Of a stretch of DNA of 30,157 nucleotides, positions 17,384 to 25,379 are shown one piece after another. Position 1 is the first letter of the stretch. Each line of letters opens with the position of its first letter. This stretch comes from a virus (Duplodnaviria; Caudoviricetes). The notes beneath the pieces are model-generated. The model worked only from the letters and a program-made list of their open reading frames with translations, was not told the origin of the DNA and did no database searches. Made by a program: the position numbers and the translations under genes. Where the stretch lies: IMG/VR virus record IMGVR_UViG_3300017978_000376, positions 1-30,157 of that record; one strand, given 5' to 3'.

Positions 17384-19373
17384 GAATGTGATACAAAAGG
17401 TCAATTTTGCCAAGCAAATGGCCAAGCCTACTGAAGAAAAAGACAAGGGTGGCTTTGTCAAGTGGGGCAGAAAAAACGACTGGCCTTTTTTCATTAATGA
17501 ATTGCGCGAGGGCTCGCCTGTGCATGGTGGTATCATAAAGAACAAGATTCGCTACATCTCAGGCGGCGGCATTGAAATTATTAGCGGCAATTTGCAGGAA
17601 TTTCTTGACAACGCAAATAGCGATTTCACAATCGAAGAGGTCGCCGATGCAATGACTGAAGATTACGAAGGTTTTGGCGGTTTTATCGTCAAGGGTACTT
17701 GGGACATGGAGGGCACGAAGGTGGTCAAGTGGGAAGCCTTACCAATTGATAGCTGCCGTTTTTCTGAGAAGATTGATCGTGTTTATTTGTCCAACGATTG
17801 GCACGCTCAAAATCAAAGCCTAGAAAAAACAGGCTACAGAAGCTATCCGATTTACGACCCAAAAAACAAAACCGGTTCTTTTTTCTTGTTCTACAAAGAC
17901 CCCGTCAAAAAGAACAAAAAAGAGTTAGGAACCTATCCGAAGCCGCCGTATTTCTCGGGTATTTACGCCATCGAAACAGATTACCTGCTCAATCGCTACA
18001 ATAATAGCCTAGTTCAAAACAGCTTTTCAAGTGGCACCTTAATCACCATGACCGACGGCGTGCCAGAAACGCAAGAGGAAATAAACAAGGCGGTTGCACA
18101 AATCAAAGAGAAAAGCGCAGGAGTTGACAATGCTGGCGACATCATTATCACATTTGCCGAAAGCAAAGACCGCGCGCCATTGGTTCAGCAACTCAACGGC
18201 AATGACCTAGACAAGCGATACGACCAAACGGGCAAAACGACGCTCCAAAACATTTTAATTGCTCACGGGGTAGTTAGCCCCACTTTGTTTGGAGTAATGC
18301 AGCAAGGCTCGTTTAATGCGGCCGAGAGCGCGCAGTTATTCGAGGTTTTCAAAAAGACATATGTAATGCAGCGCCAAGAGCGCTTAAATTGGATGCTTAA
18401 CTATATGGCAGAACTAAGCGGCTACGTTGGCGAAGTGAAGCTAGTTGAAATCCAACCGATTGAAGATGCTACAAACGCGGCCGTTGGGGCTCCAACCGTT
18501 GTGGTAAACAACCCAAGCGCAACCGATGCAGCAGGCACAACAACCGAAGCAACACCAATTGAAGATGTTTCAAAAACCGCCCTTAATGGCGCTCAAATTG
18601 CTTCACTTGTTGATGTAGTTGCCAAGGTCAAAACGGGTGAAATTAGCGCCGAAAGTGCGTCCGAAATTATTATAGCTTCCTTCCCGTCAATTGATGAGGC
18701 CACAGCTAAGAAAATGGTGGGTATTGATGCTGTAACCTTCTCAAGTTGCAAGCATTCTCACACATTCAGCAAAGAAGACCTCGAGGTATTCGGCGAATTT
18801 GGCGATTCATTTGCAGATTTTGAAGAGTTTGCGCGTTTACCAATTGAATGGGATAGCCTAGCGACTGACGTATTTGCCAAACATGATGAGGTATTCGCTA
18901 CAATTGGCGAAATTTCAGCCGAAATGAAAGACATTGACAAGCAAATTTTGAGCTTGTTGAATAATGGAGAGGACTCAAACGCCATCGCAGAGGCCACAGG
19001 TAGCACAATCAAAGACGTTGCTTTGTCAATTGCGCGGCTCAATGATTGGGGATTGATTAAAAACGGCGAACTTTCAGCGCTTGCCGAGCGTTTAATTGAC
19101 TCAGCAGATGGTGAAATTCCCGAGTTTGAAATCCGATATAGCTATCAGGTGCGCTCAGATGTTCCCGAGGCAAAAAGCGGGAGCCGTGAATTTTGCACGC
19201 AGCTCATCGCTTTAAACAAAGCCTACACGCGTGAGGAAATAAACACCATTTCAGAGCGTGTTGACCGCGATGTATGGAAATATAGAGGCGGTTTTTATAC
19301 CAACCCCGACACGCAGGTAACTACTCCATGGTGCCGACACCTTTGGTTTCAATCAATCGTAACAAAGAAATAA
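17361..19373 (+). CDS. Portal protein with extended C-terminal domains
   Basis: N-terminal ~365 aa are portal-like (WG..NDWP, SPVHGGII, YPKPPY, ILIAHGVVSPTLFGV), followed by ~300 extra residues. Confidence 0.82.
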   Translation: MAESKPIKNVIQKVNFAKQMAKPTEEKDKGGFVKWGRKNDWPFFINELREGSPVHGGIIKNKIRYISGGGIEIISGNLQEFLDNANSDFTIEEVADAMTEDYEGFGGFIVKGTWDMEGTKVVKWEALPIDSCRFSEKIDRVYLSNDWHAQNQSLEKTGYRSYPIYDPKNKTGSFFLFYKDPVKKNKKELGTYPKPPYFSGIYAIETDYLLNRYNNSLVQNSFSSGTLITMTDGVPETQEEINKAVAQIKEKSAGVDNAGDIIITFAESKDRAPLVQQLNGNDLDKRYDQTGKTTLQNILIAHGVVSPTLFGVMQQGSFNAAESAQLFEVFKKTYVMQRQERLNWMLNYMAELSGYVGEVKLVEIQPIEDATNAAVGAPTVVVNNPSATDAAGTTTEATPIEDVSKTALNGAQIASLVDVVAKVKTGEISAESASEIIIASFPSIDEATAKKMVGIDAVTFSSCKHSHTFSKEDLEVFGEFGDSFADFEEFARLPIEWDSLATDVFAKHDEVFATIGEISAEMKDIDKQILSLLNNGEDSNAIAEATGSTIKDVALSIARLNDWGLIKNGELSALAERLIDSADGEIPEFEIRYSYQVRSDVPEAKSGSREFCTQLIALNKAYTREEINTISERVDRDVWKYRGGFYTNPDTQVTTPWCRHLWFQSIVTKK

Positions 19374-19374
19374 G

Positions 19375-19875
19375 ATGAAGTTTTTAGTATCAGTCGATGA
19401 GGTAAAGCGCCGAGGTATTGTGCATCAAAATGTAGATGCTAAGCTAATTAGTATTGCAATCATACGAGCGCAAGATATTAACGTGCAACCTGCCTTAAAT
19501 ACCTGCCTTTACAAAGAACTATTGCGTCGTGTTGAGGATAACGAATGGAACGCGAATTATCGCGAGCTCATGAATGAGTATGTGTTGCCATGCCTTATCG
19601 CTTTTGTTGACTATCGCGCGTGTGATTTGGTAACTGATCGTGTTATGAATCGCGGCACAGGTACTTTGCAAGATGCGAACTTTAACGCTATGAATGACAC
19701 TGAGCGAAATCCGCTTCGCGACCGCTTACGAAAAGATGCTTATTTTTACAAAGAGCGCCTTATCGGCTATTTGAAAGATGACAACGGCGTTAAATTCCCA
19801 TTGTACACTAACTGCGAATGCAAGGACGAGAACGTAAAGCAAGAGAAAACGAGTTACCGCGCCAATTGGCACTAA
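19375..19875 (+). CDS. Head-tail adaptor/connector protein (putative)
   Basis: Helical 166 aa ORF right after portal; NVDAKL...I..AQD..VQPAL...LY pattern. Confidence 0.65.
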   Translation: MKFLVSVDEVKRRGIVHQNVDAKLISIAIIRAQDINVQPALNTCLYKELLRRVEDNEWNANYRELMNEYVLPCLIAFVDYRACDLVTDRVMNRGTGTLQDANFNAMNDTERNPLRDRLRKDAYFYKERLIGYLKDDNGVKFPLYTNCECKDENVKQEKTSYRANWH

Positions 19876-19926
19876 AGCCATTTAAAGCCTCGCCGCGTAA
19901 CATTGAAAAATTAAAGAAGTATTTGC

Positions 19927-20583
19927 ATGGAAATGACAATAAACCAACTAGCAAAGGAGCTCGAGATAATAGCAATCGAGCATAAGCAAATTAACGGCTT
20001 TTTCTTTGGTGAGTTTTTCCAAGCATTTGCGCAAGATACCCCAGCAAGCTACCCGCTCATGGTTGTTACATTGCTTCCGGGTAGCATTTCAGAAAAGACA
20101 GTCAATGTATCGGCAGCCATCACCATTTGCGACAAGTATATCACTGACGACAATCGAAGCGTACAGGAAACACACAGCGACTGCCTACAAATCCTTCGCG
20201 ACATTGACATCACTTTGCGACAAGAGCGCTTTGAGGATTTAACAATCGCAACCTCACCCGCAACAGAACCATTTGTAGAGCGCCAAGCCGACATAATCGC
20301 AGGGTGGACAATGAATTTAACGCTTAACATTTTCGACCTGCAAGATTGGTGCGCCATTCCTTTCTATAACTACGACTTTGAAAATGGCGGCGGCCCATAC
20401 GTTGACCCTTGCCCGCCTGCATTGGTTGTCAATAGCGATGAAACGTACAGCGAGGAGGTTTTGCCCGGACACACGCTTGTTTTGCCTGATACTGAAATCA
20501 GCGTAAGCGTTGACGGCGGCGAGCCCGTAACACAACAAGTAAGCACATTAAGTAACGCAACAATAATAATTTATTGGCAATGA
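19927..20583 (+). CDS. Tail terminator/completion protein (putative) with C-terminal extension
   Basis: H.QIN.F.FG, YPLM.V and EPF.ER..D..AGW motifs; lies after the adaptor gene. Confidence 0.6.
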   Translation: MEMTINQLAKELEIIAIEHKQINGFFFGEFFQAFAQDTPASYPLMVVTLLPGSISEKTVNVSAAITICDKYITDDNRSVQETHSDCLQILRDIDITLRQERFEDLTIATSPATEPFVERQADIIAGWTMNLTLNIFDLQDWCAIPFYNYDFENGGGPYVDPCPPALVVNSDETYSEEVLPGHTLVLPDTEISVSVDGGEPVTQQVSTLSNATIIIYWQ

Positions 20584-22430
20584 GTTTTGAAGTAATCATA
20601 AATAGTCAAATACAAGTATTTGCAAATTTTTCGGCTTTTCCTGCGACAGGACTGGCGAAAACAATATACATTGCAAAGGACACAAATAGCGCCTATTATT
20701 GGAATGATACAACGTTGTCATTTGAGCAATTAGGAGGTGTAATGCCTAGCCTTGTGTGGGGTGCAATCACAGGAAATCTATCCGACCAAACAGACCTTAT
20801 CAATGTTTTAAATAACAAGGTTGACAAAGTAACAGGTAAAGGCCTTTCAACAAACGATTACACCACAGCTGAAAAAAATAAGCTCGCAGGTATTCAAGCG
20901 GGCGCCGAGGTTAATGTTAACGCTGACTGGAATGCCATAAGCGGCGATGCGCAGATTTTGAACAAGCCGACCATTCCAAGCGTAACAGGTTTAGTTCCTT
21001 ATACTGGCGCGACAGGCAACGTTGATTTAGGTATACACGCTTTAAGCGCAAAAAATATAATAGTAAATCACCCGAGCGGTAGTGGAGATGCTGCAATGAT
21101 AACAAAGAGCGGCTCAGGTGAAGCGTTAAAAGTTGTAAAAACGAGCGGAAGCGGAAACGCCGCAAGCATCACGGGCGGTGTTACATTATTGGATGAGTTG
21201 CATTTAACAACGGAATTAGCTGATAGCTATATTTCTAGCGCTGCAACTTGGAATGCCAAACAAGAGCAACTTGTCAGCGGCACAAACATCAAGACATTAG
21301 AAGGGCAAAGCCTACTCGGTCCGGGTAACATTGACCTAACAAAGTCGGACGTAGGCCTAGGTAACGTAGACAATACTAGCGATTTGAACAAACCTATTTC
21401 AACCGCTACGCAAACGGCTCTAAATGCCAAAGAGAACACAATCACAGCGGGCACAACTGCGCAATACTTTAGAGGTGATAAGACTTTTCAAACGCTTGAC
21501 AAGGCATCTGTTGGACTTGCTAATGTAGACAACACAAGCGATGCTAACAAACCAATCAGCACAGCAACGCAAACTGCCTTAAATAATAAAGTAGGAAGTT
21601 ATGCATCTAATTATCCAATCAATGGATACATTAGTGCTAATGGACAGTTGAATGTAGGTATTGAACAAGCAAACGCATTTTCGGATGGATATTTAAGCTC
21701 AACGGACTATCAGTATTTTGCTACTAAACAAGATGAATTAGTTAGTGGCGGCAACATCAAAACCATAAACTCTACTTCACTACTTGGAAGCGGAAACGTA
21801 GCAGTTCAACCAACTTTAGTTAGCGGCACGAATATCAAAACGGTTAATGGTAATTCTTTGCTCGGAAGTGGAGATTTAGTTGTAGGTGGCGGCGGAGCTG
21901 GTATTCACGCTTTAATACCTCCTGCAACAGGTCAACTCATTAATATGAGTATATCAAGTGAGCAAACAAGTATCAACGGATATGGTTCAGCGAATAATAT
22001 CATAATGATACCTTTTATTCCTGCTAATACATTCACTATAAATCAATTCTCATTTAACGTAACAACGGCAGTAGCAGGTTCAAATGCAACTATATCAATT
22101 TGGTCTAATTCAGCTATGAAGCCAACTAATAGATTGTATTTATCGCCATTGATTCCAACAGCAACGACAGGCATAAAAAACCAAGCAGCTACATTTACAT
22201 TTACGGCAGGCACTGTGTATTGGATTGGATTCAATCAGTCAAGTGCTTGTCAGTATAGAGTATATAAGGCAAGTGATATTTTGACTTTTAGCGGTAACGC
22301 ATTTTCAGGAGCAATGCAGAATGGTTGGTTTTTTAGTGGATATGTACCAGGCACTGAGCCAAATCCATTACCAGGATCTAACGCTTCTCAGTTATCTTTT
22401 TTCCCGATGTTATTAATGAGAGTAAACTAA
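20580..22430 (+). CDS. Tail fibre / receptor-binding protein
   Basis: Gly/Thr/Ser/Asn-rich with repeats: KVDKVTGKGLSTNDYTTAEK, 2x VGLxNVDNTSDxNKPISTATQTALN, 3x LVSGxNIKTxxxxSLLGxG. Distinct C-terminal beta domain. Confidence 0.82.
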   Translation: MSFEVIINSQIQVFANFSAFPATGLAKTIYIAKDTNSAYYWNDTTLSFEQLGGVMPSLVWGAITGNLSDQTDLINVLNNKVDKVTGKGLSTNDYTTAEKNKLAGIQAGAEVNVNADWNAISGDAQILNKPTIPSVTGLVPYTGATGNVDLGIHALSAKNIIVNHPSGSGDAAMITKSGSGEALKVVKTSGSGNAASITGGVTLLDELHLTTELADSYISSAATWNAKQEQLVSGTNIKTLEGQSLLGPGNIDLTKSDVGLGNVDNTSDLNKPISTATQTALNAKENTITAGTTAQYFRGDKTFQTLDKASVGLANVDNTSDANKPISTATQTALNNKVGSYASNYPINGYISANGQLNVGIEQANAFSDGYLSSTDYQYFATKQDELVSGGNIKTINSTSLLGSGNVAVQPTLVSGTNIKTVNGNSLLGSGDLVVGGGGAGIHALIPPATGQLINMSISSEQTSINGYGSANNIIMIPFIPANTFTINQFSFNVTTAVAGSNATISIWSNSAMKPTNRLYLSPLIPTATTGIKNQAATFTFTAGTVYWIGFNQSSACQYRVYKASDILTFSGNAFSGAMQNGWFFSGYVPGTEPNPLPGSNASQLSFFPMLLMRVN

Positions 22431-22436
22431 AAAAAT

Positions 22437-22595
22437 ATGCCGCAAATACAAGAAGAGTTTTACGATGAGAGTGGAGTGCTTGTGAAGGTTCAGTTGGTTG
22501 AAGTAGACGAACCAACCGCCGAAGAATTAGTAGCGCAAAAAGAAGCTGAGTTGCTCGCTTTGTACGCTGAATTGAAAGCACTAAAAGGGGAGTAA
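22437..22595 (+). CDS. Small acidic coiled-coil protein (52 aa; possible fibre assembly chaperone)
   Basis: Hand-translated MPQIQEEFYDESGVLVKVQLVEVDEPTAEELVAQKEAELLALYAELKALKGE; TAATG coupling to the next gene. Confidence 0.7.
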   Translation: MPQIQEEFYDESGVLVKVQLVEVDEPTAEELVAQKEAELLALYAELKALKGE

Positions 22596-22819
22596 TGACT
22601 GAATTTGTTACCATCATAAAAAAATACGGTGTTACAGGGCTACTCGTTGTGTGGGTTTACACCCTGCAACAAGAGGTCAAAGAAATGCGCGCCATGCTAG
22701 TAGACTGCTATGAAGTTCAGTTGCGAGCTGATAACGCAAAAGATTCTGTTTACCTACCCGAAAAACTAATCGCAATTATTCCGCATGAGGAAGATTATAA
22801 ACGATACACTCAAGCCTAG
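22595..22819 (+). CDS. Membrane protein of lysis cassette (holin/antiholin-like)
   Basis: Single N-terminal hydrophobic segment followed by a coiled coil; first gene of the lysis cluster. Confidence 0.55.
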   Translation: MTEFVTIIKKYGVTGLLVVWVYTLQQEVKEMRAMLVDCYEVQLRADNAKDSVYLPEKLIAIIPHEEDYKRYTQA

Positions 22820-23012
22820 CGGCAAATGGTCGATTAAACGGCTCGGCGCGTTTACTTCATTTTGGGCGGCTATTGTTTACGCTTTGCTACCTTTGTACGG
22901 CAAGCAATTTGAAGTACATGAGTTCGTCTTTGTAGGCTTGCTTACATATTCGGCAACAGCCATCGGTATGACCGTATGGAATAAATCAATTAAGAGCGAT
23001 GAGGCCTGTTAA
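22785..23012 (+). CDS. Holin (two TM segments), putative
   Basis: 75 aa; GKWSIKRL followed by two TM helices and a charged C-terminus. Confidence 0.65.
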   Translation: MRKIINDTLKPSGKWSIKRLGAFTSFWAAIVYALLPLYGKQFEVHEFVFVGLLTYSATAIGMTVWNKSIKSDEAC

Positions 23013-23538
23013 ATACACTCTTTTATGGTTTGCAATCTACGCAGCATTCGTTATGCTGTGGAGTTACTTTATTTATGGATGCTCGGCAACTCGTTTGCAT
23101 GACAAAGCCGTGCAAAAAGGCTACGTTCACGCTATCCATGTGGACACTTTCAAGGTTGCCACTGTGGACACCATGTGGAAAGACGGCAAGCCTTACCCCG
23201 TAATTAAATATAAAGACTCTTTAGTTGTAAGAACTGAATACGTGTACATTCCCAAATGGCGCTATCGGTTCGATAACAGGCGATTTGCGGATAGTTTAGC
23301 ACAAATACGTGCAATGTATGAGGCTCAACTGAAAAACGCGCTTAAAACGAAGAAAATCGAGGCGAAAGAAACCAAGCATAAAGAGAAGCATAAGACTAAA
23401 AGAACCCAAAGCGAAAATAAAAACGGCTTTGCAGATGGCATGAAATGGCTTGCAATCTTTGCAATTATAATTTTTGCATGGTGGATAAGCTGGAGAATAC
23501 ACAAATACATAGCAATTAACGACATTAACAATGGTTAG
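22999..23538 (+). CDS. Spanin-like protein (possible unimolecular spanin)
   Basis: N-terminal hydrophobic signal ending IYG-C28, beta and coiled-coil middle, C-terminal TM helix; lies between holin and endolysin. Confidence 0.55.
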   Translation: MRPVKYTLLWFAIYAAFVMLWSYFIYGCSATRLHDKAVQKGYVHAIHVDTFKVATVDTMWKDGKPYPVIKYKDSLVVRTEYVYIPKWRYRFDNRRFADSLAQIRAMYEAQLKNALKTKKIEAKETKHKEKHKTKRTQSENKNGFADGMKWLAIFAIIIFAWWISWRIHKYIAINDINNG

Positions 23539-24109
23539 AAACTACACAACAGCGCAGCTCTTAGAGAAAGTGCGCGAAATCGACGGATTCAAAGGCTATC
23601 CGCAGGAATATTGGCTTTTAGGCGTGCGCTCAAATGAGGACACACCTAACCGATTTGATGACAAGTTTTATCTATTTCTAGGTGAGCAGTTCGTTTTGGT
23701 AACATCAGGCACAACCAACCCCGGAACACCAACGCTCATGCAGTTTGAAAAGGTAAATAAGAAAGGCGCGGCCGTATTAAATGCCGACAAATGGTATTAC
23801 AACGTGTGGCACTTTGGAAAGCATCAAGGTAAAGTAGATGCGTTACTCCAGCTCGGCGCTGAGGTCGAAGTTTACCGCGATACTGATAAGGATGACGACA
23901 GCGAAGAGCAGGGAGTTTTAGATCATGGTTACTTTGGCATCAACTTTCACCCGAACACATACAAGCCCAGCGCACCAAAAACAAACGTCATCGGTTGGTG
24001 GTCTGCTGGTTGCCAAGTAGTCAACGACTTGAATACATATAAGCGCATTATAACCATGTGTAAGCCACAAAAAGTTGTGAGCTATTGCCTAATCAATGAA
24101 TTTGAGTAA
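23531..24109 (+). CDS. Endolysin candidate with L,D-transpeptidase-like (YkuD) His/Cys motif
   Basis: GINFH-x17-SAGCQV; last gene of the lysis cassette, and no other peptidoglycan hydrolase is recognisable. Confidence 0.65.
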   Translation: MVRNYTTAQLLEKVREIDGFKGYPQEYWLLGVRSNEDTPNRFDDKFYLFLGEQFVLVTSGTTNPGTPTLMQFEKVNKKGAAVLNADKWYYNVWHFGKHQGKVDALLQLGAEVEVYRDTDKDDDSEEQGVLDHGYFGINFHPNTYKPSAPKTNVIGWWSAGCQVVNDLNTYKRIITMCKPQKVVSYCLINEFE

Positions 24110-24120
24110 ATTTAACCCGT

Positions 24121-24222
24121 TGTTGTATATGAGCGCGTCGGGTAGTTGAAAGCATCGGGCGCGCTTCATAGCAAAGCATTGGTTTTAGCAGGAAAGGCAT
24201 CCAAACGAGGGTGCCTTTTTTT
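24121..24222 (+). ncRNA. Candidate small structured RNA (long hairpin plus terminator)
   Basis: TATGA-GCGCG...CGCGC-T-TCATA long imperfect stem at 24121-24178, then a terminator, in non-coding space. Confidence 0.4.
24193..24222 (+). terminator. Intrinsic terminator ending the late region
   Basis: AAAGGCATCC-AAACGA-GGGTGCCTTTTTTT. Confidence 0.88.
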
Positions 24223-24284
24223 GCGTTCATACAAGTCAAATAAACCACACCGCAAAAAATATTTTCACTTTTTTTCATAAAATA

Positions 24285-24316
24285 TTTGCAACTATAAATA
24301 TTTATAGTAATTTAGC
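24285..24316 (+). promoter_or_regulatory. Early promoter with perfect 18-bp palindrome ACTATAAATATTTATAGT in its spacer
   Basis: TTTG at 24285-24288 (-33-like), palindrome at 24291-24308, TAATTTAG (-7-like) from 24308; AT-rich upstream tract. Confidence 0.75.
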
Positions 24317-24343
24317 ACTTGTAAACCAATTAAAAACAGCAAC

Positions 24344-24619
24344 ATGATTAACGCCAATACCATGTGGAATGAGCTAAAAGAGCTATCAATCTACACCCAA
24401 GAAACACAAGAGCAACTACCTTCAATCGACCGCGTAAAGCCGCTCATTGATTCAGCCAGCTACCTAATTCGCCAAGTCGAAATATGCGATAATGAGATAA
24501 GTAAAATCAACGCATTGCCGTTACTATTTCGCGAGCGAATGAGCGATGAGGTGCGGGATTGGAACCGCCAAAAAACGCAATTCCTTAGAAGTTTAAACCA
24601 GGTAATTACAAAGCTATGA
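24344..24619 (+). CDS. Hypothetical early protein
   Basis: First ORF after the early promoter; A-rich start context. Confidence 0.75.
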   Translation: MINANTMWNELKELSIYTQETQEQLPSIDRVKPLIDSASYLIRQVEICDNEISKINALPLLFRERMSDEVRDWNRQKTQFLRSLNQVITKL

Positions 24620-24720
24620 GCCGCAAACTAGAAGAGAAATACAAGGCTACTTTTTACAGCGCTTTGTTCTTAATCATTTTTGTATCAATACTTTTAATTT
24701 ATTCAGTATGTCAAAACTAA
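24616..24720 (+). CDS. Small single-pass membrane peptide (34 aa)
   Basis: Hand-translated MSRKLEEKYKATFYSALFLIIFVSILLIYSVCQN; ATGA overlap. Confidence 0.6.
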   Translation: MSRKLEEKYKATFYSALFLIIFVSILLIYSVCQN

Positions 24721-24929
24721 ACCAAGACCAAAAAGACCTTATTGGAGGCGCGATTGTATTCATTGCCGGTGCAATATTCCTGTGCTACTTAGTAGCCACA
24801 AATAAGCGCCCTGTAATCGACGCAAACACGATTGATTACCAAACCTATCAAGAAGTAAGCTACGAGCTGCCAAAAAGCTACACAAAGTATTGCGAGCACG
24901 TTTATAATGATAAATTCGGGAAGCCATGA
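24708..24929 (+). CDS. Small single-pass membrane protein (73 aa)
   Basis: TM segment LIGGAIVFIAGAIFLCYLVA. Confidence 0.7.
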   Translation: MSKLNQDQKDLIGGAIVFIAGAIFLCYLVATNKRPVIDANTIDYQTYQEVSYELPKSYTKYCEHVYNDKFGKP

Positions 24930-24997
24930 AAAAAGAAACTTACTTCCGCATTTTACACACGCTTTCTGGCATTGCAATCGGTTATCTAATTTTTTAG
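24926..24997 (+). CDS. Tiny membrane peptide (23 aa)
   Basis: MKKETYFRILHTLSGIAIGYLIF; ATGA overlap with the upstream gene. Confidence 0.5.
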   Translation: MKKETYFRILHTLSGIAIGYLIF

Positions 24998-24999
24998 TC

Positions 25000-25092
25000 A
25001 TGGGAAAAATAGAAAAACAAAGAGCATTGTTTATTGGCTGCATTTTATTGCTAGCCACATTGTTAACCATCAAAATACTCGCATCATGTTAG
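25000..25092 (+). CDS. Tiny membrane peptide (30 aa)
   Basis: MGKIEKQRALFIGCILLLATLLTIKILASC; ATG 25000 is preferred over 24907. Confidence 0.55.
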   Translation: MGKIEKQRALFIGCILLLATLLTIKILASC

Positions 25093-25379
25093 GACATATC
25101 ATTAGAAAGCGCGCCGAGCGCCTCGAACCTTACCGCATTGTTGACGCGCAATTCACTTACGGGCCCAAATGGTTCAAAGCTGATAACTACGAGCTGCACG
25201 GCTATTTAGCAGGTGAGCGCGTGGATATGATTGAAGGCTTGACGCTGGACCATTTTGACGAAATCCATTATATCAGCAAAAGCCGCAATGCAAAGAATGA
25301 TCGTGAGTTTATCCACGTAGTCGGAACGCGTTACAAAGACAAAAAACAAACAGTACTTATCTTAAAAGTGAAGTCATGA
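25086..25379 (+). CDS. Hypothetical protein
   Basis: In-operon ORF with overlapping start and stop. Confidence 0.75.
   Translation: MLGHIIRKRAERLEPYRIVDAQFTYGPKWFKADNYELHGYLAGERVDMIEGLTLDHFDEIHYISKSRNAKNDREFIHVVGTRYKDKKQTVLILKVKS

Noticed and set aside
20580-22430. Diversity-generating retroelement or invertible tail-fibre system
   Set aside because: No reverse transcriptase, template/variable repeat pair, invertase or flanking inverted repeats were seen.
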